Source: Arenicellales bacterium
GTDB lineage: Bacteria; Pseudomonadota; Gammaproteobacteria; Arenicellales; JAJDZL01
DNA length: 64,000 nt
Reading direction: 5' to 3'
NCBI GenBank assembly: GCA_965203865.1
Contig: OZ241916.1
Coordinates: forward strand, 861,548-925,547
Shown here: positions 56,709-64,000 of the stretch, piece by piece
How positions within the stretch are numbered: the first letter of the stretch is position 1
Layout of the letters: every line of letters starts with the position of its first letter
Notes under the pieces: model-generated
Told to the model about the DNA's origin: nothing
The model's input: the letters and a program-made list of their open reading frames with translations, nothing else
Database searches by the model: none
Position numbers and translations under genes: made by a program

Positions 56709-59663
56709 TTGTGTGAGTATCATCAAGTTTTTTGGAAAACTTCAGGAATGACACTTTTTAATCAAATCAATTCCGGCATTTTCGGAAAAATCTATATTCG
56801 AGTTGTCCTCTCGCTAGTTGTACTCGCCTGGATTGCTCCAGTATTTGGAGAATTTCAGAAAAGCCCAAGCGACCATCGCGAATATCTTGCGATTCAGTTG
56901 GATAATGAAATGAGGGTTCTTTTGATTTCGGACCCCGAAACAGATATTGCTACGGCTTCTATGAGCGTTAAAATTGGCGGCGGCAGCGATTTCGACAACA
57001 GGCCCGGGCTCGCCCACTTTCTTGAGCACATGCTTTTCCTGGGTAGCGAAAAGTATCCGGAATTGGACGGCTTCAGAGATTTTGTAGAGCGTCATGGAGG
57101 CTCTACAAACGCATATACTTCAATCGACAGAACCAACTATAACTTTTCGGTTGATCCTGGATATTTGCAACCTGCGCTGGACCGATTTGCCCAGTACTTC
57201 ATTGCACCGTTGATGCAAGCAGAAAGTGCGGAGCGAGAACGAAGTGTTGTGGATGCAGAATTTCAAATGAGGGCGCAAAGCGATGGTGCCAGACGCTGGG
57301 ATGTACTGAGACAGGTCTATAACCAGAAACACCCGGCATCGAAATTCATTGCCGGTAACGCCAAAACGCTGGAAGGAGAAGTGCACGAAGATCTTCTTCG
57401 ATTTTATGAGAAGTTCTACAGTTCAAATCTGATGGCACTGGTCGTTCTGGGGCAGGAACCTTTGGAAGAACTACAGAAGTTTGCAGAAAATATGTTCGCC
57501 AGCGTTGAAAATTCAGATGTCAAGGACCCGGTAATTTCAGAACACTTGTTTGAACCGGGGAAGTTGCCGGCGCGAGTTACGATCAAGACTTTAAAGGATG
57601 ATCCGAGAATGTCCTTAGTGTTTCCAGTCATGTACTTGCTTCCCCACTGGAAAGAAAAGCCGGCGGTGTATGTTTCCTACCTGATTGGGCATGAAGGCGA
57701 GGGTAGCCTTCTCTCAGAATTGAAAAACAGAGGCTGGGCAGCAGGATTGTACGCAGGCCAAGGTCTGGCGGTTTATCAGACTTCCACATTCAATATTTCA
57801 ATAACACTGACTCAAGATGGCCTAGAACATTGGGAAGATGTAGCCGCGCTTGTGTTCCAGTACATTCGCGTCGTTCGACAACGCGGTATTGACAAGTGGA
57901 GATACGACGAGCGCAAGATGCTGGATGAAATTGAATATCGCTTTAGCGAAGTCACGAACGATCGCAGGTTTGTTACAAATTTGGCCGATGTTTTGCATCT
58001 GTATCCGGCGAACGAAGTTTATCCGGCACTGTACCTGACTCAAAACTACGCTCCAGACTTGATTGCAGAGTTGATGGACTATCTGGTACCGGAGAATGTA
58101 CTGATAACAATCGGTACAGCAGATGCTGAAACGGATCAGGTTACCCCGGATTTAAAAGTAGAGTATGCGCTTGCCCCGATATCGGAAAGCACGATTCAAA
58201 AATGGAAAACAGATGTTGCCAATTCCCAAAACTGGCTGCCGTCACCAAATGAGTTTCTTCCCCAGGATCTCACACTTGAGCCTGAATCTCAGGCCGACAT
58301 TCCAGAACTGGTGATTTCAATACCCAGATTTGACCTATGGCACCAGACAGATACATCGTTTGAAAATCCTCGTGCGAGTTTTTACATCAGTGTACGGTCA
58401 TCGTTACCGAAACTCAGTGCCAAAAGCAGCGAGTTGCTCAATTTGTATGTGGAGGGTGTCAACGACTTGCTCAATGAATTTGCATATCCGGCATTGATGG
58501 CGGGGCTGAGTTACAGTCTGTATCAGCATTCGCGCGGATTTAGCATCAGAATTTCCGGCTATGACGATAATCAGGAAGTGTTGCTAAGAAGAATCATTGA
58601 AGTGGCCACATCCCCGCAGTTCATTCCAGAACGCTTTGAACAGCATCGCGAAGACGCAATACTGGCAATCAAAAACAACAACAAAGATGATGCCTATCAT
58701 CAGACAACCGAAGAAGTTTACGCGATGGTGCTTGAGAAGTACTGGAGCGACGAAGAGAGATTAAAGGTGCTTGAAGAATTAACTTTGGTGGAACTTGAAC
58801 TTTTCGCCCAGGAGTTCTTTGCTGATGAAATTCAGATTGTTGCACTGTCGCACGGAAATGTTTCAAGAGACGGTGCGGTCAAGATGGGAGAAATCGTGGC
58901 AACCGGATTTCTGGGATTGGACAACCCAATCGGGTCAACCAGCTTGCTGGAGTTGGATAGTCCTGTTGAAATTGGAAAAGGGCGAATGGTCATCGTGCCA
59001 GAGAAAGGCCCGCATTACAGACGAATTAATGTTGAAAATGAAGATTGGGCTATTACAGTGTTTCTTCAAGGCTCGGAACGCTCCATTGAAGAACGGGTGC
59101 AATTCGGGCTTTTGGCTCAAATCATCGGACCGCCATTTTTCACTGAATTGCGAACCGTTCAGGAACTTGGCTATGTTGTTCATGCTTACCATATGCCGAT
59201 ACTCGGGATTCCGGGAATGGTATTTGTAATTCAGTCTCCCGAAGTTGACCCCGGAACTCTTGGAAACACCATCAATGATTTCCTGAAAGAATTTCCTTCA
59301 CAGCTTTCTGAAATGTCAGATGATGAGTTTGAAGCGCACCGGGACGGGCTGCTTAGTAGAATATCGGCAAAGGATGAAACACTAACCCAGCGATCCGGTC
59401 GTTATTGGCGAGAGATTGATGACAAGGAGTACAAGTTTGATACCCGGGAGCAGCTGGTCAGTGAGCTGAAACGTCTTGACAGAACATCTTTTGAAAAGTT
59501 TGTCCTTGAATTGCTTGTCGATAATGTTGCCAGTCGGCTCGTAATTGAGGCGTATGACAGAAATACAGATCTGTCCAACTTGCCCATGCCCGAAGACGGT
59601 GTTTTGGTGCAAAGCAGGACAAAATTCAAAGCCGGTCAAGAATACTTCCCTGAAATCAAGTGA
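56709..59663 (+). CDS. Insulinase (M16A) family peptidase, pitrilysin-like
   Basis: GLAHFLEHMLF (HxxEH); NAYT; FTELRTVQELGYVV. The start is uncertain and probably downstream of 56709. Confidence 0.88.
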   Translation: MCEYHQVFWKTSGMTLFNQINSGIFGKIYIRVVLSLVVLAWIAPVFGEFQKSPSDHREYLAIQLDNEMRVLLISDPETDIATASMSVKIGGGSDFDNRPGLAHFLEHMLFLGSEKYPELDGFRDFVERHGGSTNAYTSIDRTNYNFSVDPGYLQPALDRFAQYFIAPLMQAESAERERSVVDAEFQMRAQSDGARRWDVLRQVYNQKHPASKFIAGNAKTLEGEVHEDLLRFYEKFYSSNLMALVVLGQEPLEELQKFAENMFASVENSDVKDPVISEHLFEPGKLPARVTIKTLKDDPRMSLVFPVMYLLPHWKEKPAVYVSYLIGHEGEGSLLSELKNRGWAAGLYAGQGLAVYQTSTFNISITLTQDGLEHWEDVAALVFQYIRVVRQRGIDKWRYDERKMLDEIEYRFSEVTNDRRFVTNLADVLHLYPANEVYPALYLTQNYAPDLIAELMDYLVPENVLITIGTADAETDQVTPDLKVEYALAPISESTIQKWKTDVANSQNWLPSPNEFLPQDLTLEPESQADIPELVISIPRFDLWHQTDTSFENPRASFYISVRSSLPKLSAKSSELLNLYVEGVNDLLNEFAYPALMAGLSYSLYQHSRGFSIRISGYDDNQEVLLRRIIEVATSPQFIPERFEQHREDAILAIKNNNKDDAYHQTTEEVYAMVLEKYWSDEERLKVLEELTLVELELFAQEFFADEIQIVALSHGNVSRDGAVKMGEIVATGFLGLDNPIGSTSLLELDSPVEIGKGRMVIVPEKGPHYRRINVENEDWAITVFLQGSERSIEERVQFGLLAQIIGPPFFTELRTVQELGYVVHAYHMPILGIPGMVFVIQSPEVDPGTLGNTINDFLKEFPSQLSEMSDDEFEAHRDGLLSRISAKDETLTQRSGRYWREIDDKEYKFDTREQLVSELKRLDRTSFEKFVLELLVDNVASRLVIEAYDRNTDLSNLPMPEDGVLVQSRTKFKAGQEYFPEIK

Positions 59664-59669
59664 AGAGCA

Positions 59670-60161
59670 ATGAATTCCCGAATTGAACGGTTGGCAGAAG
59701 AAGCAGGGCAGTTGCTGAAAAAAAGAAACTATTCGCTGGTCACTGTTGAATCCTGTACAGGCGGATGGATCTCACAATCAATCACCGGCATTGCAGGTAG
59801 TTCCGAGTGGTTTGATCGAGGGTATGTTACTTACAGCAATGAAGCCAAGCAGGAACTAGGTGTATCTGCTGCTTCGCTGGAATTGTACGGAGCGGTAAGC
59901 AAGCAAGTTGCACAGGAGATGGTGCTGGCAGGCTTGAAAAGAAGCGAAGCCGATATCGCAGTTTCAGTTACAGGTATTGCCGGGCCCGACGGTGGCACGA
60001 CTGAAAAGCCAGTTGGCACTGTTTGGATTGCCTGGGGCGACAAGTCAAATCAAGTTGTTGCCGAGCATTTTCAATTTTCAGGGGGTCGTGAAGTGGTACG
60101 ACGTGAATCGGTTGAATCTGCTTTAACCGGTGTTTTGAAATTTCTACATAAAAATGGATGA
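59670..60161 (+). CDS. pncC: CinA C-terminal domain / nicotinamide-nucleotide amidohydrolase PncC
   Basis: ESCTGG; GSSEWF; YSNEAK; GAVS; TGIAGPDGG; KPVGTVW. Confidence 0.88.
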   Translation: MNSRIERLAEEAGQLLKKRNYSLVTVESCTGGWISQSITGIAGSSEWFDRGYVTYSNEAKQELGVSAASLELYGAVSKQVAQEMVLAGLKRSEADIAVSVTGIAGPDGGTTEKPVGTVWIAWGDKSNQVVAEHFQFSGGREVVRRESVESALTGVLKFLHKNG

Positions 60162-60690
60162 CAAAAGCAAAGCAAGGCAAACGAAAAAACTGTTTTTCGC
60201 ACTCTGGCCGGATGATGATGTCCGCAACCGTTTAACCAAAGTTCAAGAAAATGCAAACCTTGGTCAGCACGGAAATCCAACACTCGCCGAAAAGTTCCAT
60301 ATTACGCTTCTTTTTCTTGGACACATCAAGTCGGATAGAGTTTCAGAGCTTGAATCGTTCACACGAGAAATCAGGTTCAACCCCTTCACGATTGAGTTGA
60401 ATCAAATCGGATTTTTTCGACAGGCTGATATTGTATGGTGCGGAACAAGCCAGTCCAGCGACGAGTTGAATTCTTTGGTGCAAACAATTCGCACCGGTTC
60501 GCCTGTTCTCCCCAAGAAAAAAATACAGAAAAAATTTGTGCCGCATGTTACTCTTGCACGCAAGGTACGCCGCAAGATTACACAAGAAATCGATTCAATT
60601 TACTGGACAGTAGAATCGTGTTGCCTTGTTTGTTCTGTTCCAGCTGGCGGAGGTGTGGAATACAAAATTATCGCAAGTTCGGCGGATTGA
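60154..60690 (+). CDS. thpR: RNA 2',3'-cyclic phosphodiesterase (2H phosphoesterase)
   Basis: LFFALWP; two HxT motifs (HITL, PHVTL). Confidence 0.85.
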   Translation: MDDKSKARQTKKLFFALWPDDDVRNRLTKVQENANLGQHGNPTLAEKFHITLLFLGHIKSDRVSELESFTREIRFNPFTIELNQIGFFRQADIVWCGTSQSSDELNSLVQTIRTGSPVLPKKKIQKKFVPHVTLARKVRRKITQEIDSIYWTVESCCLVCSVPAGGGVEYKIIASSAD

Positions 60691-60702
60691 GTAGCAAGAA
60701 AA

Positions 60703-61491
60703 CTAGTCGACAAGCGTTGCTGTTGCCGTTCCGAACCTTCCCAAGTCCGAAGTTACTCTGTCGCCTCTGCGTATCGGAGAGGGCAGGCCGCATACGCCGG
60801 TTGTAACAAATTGCCCTGCCTCAATTGCAATTCCTCGTGCAGACAATCGATTGACGACCCATTCAAGAGCAATCAACGGACTTTCAAGAGCATCTGCGCC
60901 CGTTCCTGAAGTTACCACTTCATCATTCACAATAAGCTGAACTTCGCATTCGGCAAGATTGATGTTTTTCCAGTCTTCAGTTGTTGCTGGACCCAGTACG
61001 CAATCCCTCGCGCACGCACAATCCGCTAGCAATCCTGCTGCTCCTGCGTCTCTATAGTTCAATATTCTGGAATCTGGAAATTCAAGGCTTGGTACAAGGC
61101 TGTCAACCGAATCAAGAATTTCTTCCTGGGAATAGGGTTTGCCCCGGCTTGGCATGCTTCTCCCGAAAACAAAAGCAAATTCGGCTTCTGCCACCGCCAT
61201 GTTGTTTCCAGTCATTGACAGCGTTGCTCCAGAATCGTGCGTCTTGGATGCCAGATACGGACCCTCCAGCGGATGACTTACATTGATGTGATTTTGTCCT
61301 CCTGAACTGGTCGCCGCAATCTTCCAGCCGCGAAGCGTGTCCTGAGCAAGTTCTGGAAAATAGATCTGAGCGTTTTGCCCATCTGATTCATTTCTGGGCT
61401 TGCAATCTTCCGGCAAGTCGGCAATAGCTTCTCCGGCTTGCCATAGTCCCCACAGAACCGCGGCGGTTCGTTTTGGTAAGTTTTCCGACAT
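60703..61491 (-). CDS. 2-keto-4-pentenoate hydratase / FAH superfamily protein
   Basis: GWKIAATS; AEAEFAF; EFPDSR; LEWVVN; GQFVTTG. Confidence 0.8.
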   Translation of the reverse strand: MSENLPKRTAAVLWGLWQAGEAIADLPEDCKPRNESDGQNAQIYFPELAQDTLRGWKIAATSSGGQNHINVSHPLEGPYLASKTHDSGATLSMTGNNMAVAEAEFAFVFGRSMPSRGKPYSQEEILDSVDSLVPSLEFPDSRILNYRDAGAAGLLADCACARDCVLGPATTEDWKNINLAECEVQLIVNDEVVTSGTGADALESPLIALEWVVNRLSARGIAIEAGQFVTTGVCGLPSPIRRGDRVTSDLGRFGTATATLVD

Positions 61492-61525
61492 GAAATCTAC
61501 TTCTTGAAATACTCAACTTCCGAAG

Positions 61526-61849
61526 TCAACGCTCCAAGTACTGTTTCTTGTCTTTGATTTCTTCCCACTCGGCTGCGTCGGGCGGTGCCGGTTTCATGGC
61601 ACTGATCACAGGCCACACAAGGCTTAGATCTGTATTCAACTCGAGAAACTCTTGCTGGTCGGCGGGCAGATCGTCTTCGGCGTAGATGGCTGTAACCGGA
61701 CATTCCGGCTCGCACAAACTGCAGTCAATGCATTCTTCAGGATCTATAACAAGCATGTTTGGTCCTTCGTGAAAGCAGTCGACCGGACACACTTCAACAC
61801 AATCAGTGTACTTGCAGCGAATGCACGACTCGGTAACAACGTAGGTCAT
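61526..61849 (-). CDS. fdxA: 7Fe ferredoxin (FdxA type)
   Basis: [38 protein letters not shown]. Confidence 0.95.
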   Translation of the reverse strand: MTYVVTESCIRCKYTDCVEVCPVDCFHEGPNMLVIDPEECIDCSLCEPECPVTAIYAEDDLPADQQEFLELNTDLSLVWPVISAMKPAPPDAAEWEEIKDKKQYLER

Positions 61850-61981
61850 TCAGATTAACTTATCAGGCAATTGGAAATAGAAAATTTGTAATTTACTGTA
61901 AAAGCACCGCATATTCTATTCAATTTCGCAGGATTTATTCAATCCGATGTTCATCCCCGTCTAGTAAATTCAATTTCAATT

Positions 61982-64000
61982 CTATGTATGCAGCTTTTTG
62001 AGCTGATACAAAGCTTCCAATGCTTCGCGGGGACTCATCTCATCTGGATTGATTTCTCCGAGTTTTGCAAGAGCGGGAGAAGGTTTATCAACGGGCGGTT
62101 CAAACAACAGTGGTTGGCGAACAGGTTTGCTGGTAGACGAGACCTGCAGACTCGCGACTGCGGTCAGTTCGTTGAGTTTTGACCGGGCACTGCTGATGAC
62201 ATTGTCGGAGATGCCTGCAAGCTTCGCTACCTGCAGGCCGTAGCTTTGGTTTGCAGCACCAGGTTTAACCTCGTACATGAATACAATCTTTTCATCGTAT
62301 TCAACTGCATCCAAATGAACATTCTTCGCATGTTTCATCTGTGCTTCCAGAGCAGTAATTTCGTAATAGTGGGTGGAGAACATCGTCAATGCCTTCACAT
62401 CCTCGAGTAGACTGCTTGCGCAGGCCCAAGCTAGCGACAAGCCGTCGAAAGTGCTGGTGCCTCGTCCGATTTCATCTACGATGACCAGGCTTTTATCGGT
62501 TGCGTTGTGAAGAATTGTTGCCATCTCCGTCATTTCAACCATAAACGTGGAACTGCCGCCAGTAAGATCGTCAGATGAGCCAATTCGTGTAAATATCCGA
62601 TCTATCGGTCCAATTACAGCTTCGTTTGCCGGAACGTATGAGCCGATGTGCGCCAGGAAAGTAATAACCGCAGTTTGCCGCATATATGTACTTTTGCCAC
62701 CCATGTTTGGGCCGGTTATCAATAATAGTCGGTTATTTTCGTTTAGTTCAGTGTTATTCGGCACAAATGGTCGATTCATTGAATTTTCAACAAGCGGGTG
62801 TCGACCGCCTTTGATGCTGATGCCCGGAGTTTCGCTTAATTCCGGCCGATTCAAGTTCAACGTAAATGCCCGTTCAGCGAAGTTGCAAAGAACATCCACT
62901 TCCGCCAAGGCTTGCGCAGTTTGCTGAATCTGGTCAATGTAGTCGATCAGATTTTGAAGCAACGCGTCGTACAGTTGTTTTTCGCGGCCAATGGCCTTGT
63001 CCTTTGCTCCCAGAATCTGGCTTTCGAATTCCCTGAGCTCCGGCGTAATGTAGCGTTCATTGTTCTTCAAGGTTTGGCGGCGTATGTAGTCTTCCGGCAC
63101 CTGTTCCGCCACTAGTCTGGACACTTCAATGTAGTAACCGTGCACCCGGTTGTACTGAATGCGAAGATTCTTGATGCCGGTTCGATTCCGTTCCCGATTC
63201 TCCATTTCAATCAAAGCTTGTCCAGAATCGTTACGTAGTCTTACAAGTTCGTCCAGCTCGCTATCGTATCCCGGTTTTATGACCCCGCCATCCCGTATAG
63301 TCGATGCGGGTTCATCAAGAATAGCGCGTTCCAGTAATTCATGAACTTCTGGCAGCGGGTCGATTTTTTCACAAAGAATTGCAAGCTCATGGCAGTCCGC
63401 ACTTTCGGATACATGCACTAGTTCCGGGATGTATTCCAAAGATGATCGAAGACTTACGAGGTCAGCGGGCTTTGCAGTTTTTGTTGCCAGTCTGGATACG
63501 ATTCGCTCAAGGTCACCAATCTTGCGCAATTGCGGCTTGATTTTGTCCTGTCGCCGTTTGCTTGAAAAGTGATCTATGACTTGATGGCGGCGCAGAATTT
63601 CTTTGTGGTCTCGCACCGGATTACGAAACCAACGCCTTAGTTGGCGAGCCCCCATCACTGTGGCGCAGTGGTCCAAAAGGTAGAAAAGACTGCCCCTCGA
63701 TTTTCCCGCAAGAGTTGATTCAATTTCAAGATTTCTCCAGCTGTGACTATCGAAAAGCAGGTACTGGTCAGAAATCTCAATATCGAGTTTTCGAATGTGA
63801 GGAAGTTCTGCGCCGTACACATCCTTTGCGTACTGGATTAATCCTCCTGATACGGCCATTGCCGCTGGAAAGCGGTCGCAACCGAACACGGCAAGGTCAC
63901 GCAAGTTGAACTGGGTCTTTAGTAGCTCAGAAGCGCGTTCGCTACTGAAATACCATCCTGGAACTTCCTGAACACGAGGTAAATTCAATAGTTCAACTAG
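61982..64000 (-). CDS. mutS: DNA mismatch repair protein MutS, 3' part (5' end outside the window)
   Basis: RRQTLKNNERY; GRHPLVE; Walker A TGPNMGGKSTYMRQ; STFMVEM; DEIGRGTST; SYGLQVA. Confidence 0.95.
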   Translation of the reverse strand, partial: LVELLNLPRVQEVPGWYFSSERASELLKTQFNLRDLAVFGCDRFPAAMAVSGGLIQYAKDVYGAELPHIRKLDIEISDQYLLFDSHSWRNLEIESTLAGKSRGSLFYLLDHCATVMGARQLRRWFRNPVRDHKEILRRHQVIDHFSSKRRQDKIKPQLRKIGDLERIVSRLATKTAKPADLVSLRSSLEYIPELVHVSESADCHELAILCEKIDPLPEVHELLERAILDEPASTIRDGGVIKPGYDSELDELVRLRNDSGQALIEMENRERNRTGIKNLRIQYNRVHGYYIEVSRLVAEQVPEDYIRRQTLKNNERYITPELREFESQILGAKDKAIGREKQLYDALLQNLIDYIDQIQQTAQALAEVDVLCNFAERAFTLNLNRPELSETPGISIKGGRHPLVENSMNRPFVPNNTELNENNRLLLITGPNMGGKSTYMRQTAVITFLAHIGSYVPANEAVIGPIDRIFTRIGSSDDLTGGSSTFMVEMTEMATILHNATDKSLVIVDEIGRGTSTFDGLSLAWACASSLLEDVKALTMFSTHYYEITALEAQMKHAKNVHLDAVEYDEKIVFMYEVKPGAANQSYGLQVAKLAGISDNVISSARSKLNELTAVASLQVSSTSKPVRQPLLFEPPVDKPSPALAKLGEINPDEMSPREALEALYQLKKLHT

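Noticed and set aside
59670-64000. Absence of recA after cinA-thpR near fdxA-mutS
   Set aside because: A gene-order difference only; this linkage varies among Proteobacteria and nothing suggests a lesion.

Overview
Chromosomal segment of what looks like a sulfur-oxidising gammaproteobacterium. A marine or host-associated lifestyle is inferred from gene content only. Left to right: (1) the 5' part of a type I PKS (KS-AT-DH-C-methyltransferase, running off the window edge); (2) a soxXYZAKB cluster with a thioredoxin, a TolC-like protein and an adaptor protein; (3) tRNA-Val, a HAD hydrolase, an MFS transporter and leuCD; (4) an amine-catabolism block (HpaB-like monooxygenase, RidA, class III aminotransferase, histamine/trimethylamine-dehydrogenase-like enzyme); (5) a taurine/beta-alanine block (pta-xsc-ald, omega-aminotransferase, Pot-type ABC transporter, MetE-core protein, mmsA, panC); (6) housekeeping genes (sohB, glnS, gshB, gltX, tRNA-Ala, tRNA-Glu, an M16 peptidase, cinA, thpR, fdxA, mutS); (7) two insertion events. 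The most unusual feature is a 1241-bp element (43531-44771) that encodes only an apparently intact TnpB nuclease. It is bounded by 24-bp terminal inverted repeats and an exact 8-bp target-site duplication, which are DDE/IS1595-style ends rather than IS200/IS605-style ends, and it splits a Panacea (DUF4065) antitoxin gene. Separately, an IS1595-family element (51477-52457, 8-bp TSD) splits the endonuclease gene of a type II restriction-modification system. All family assignments come from motif recognition and memory; no database searches were run.
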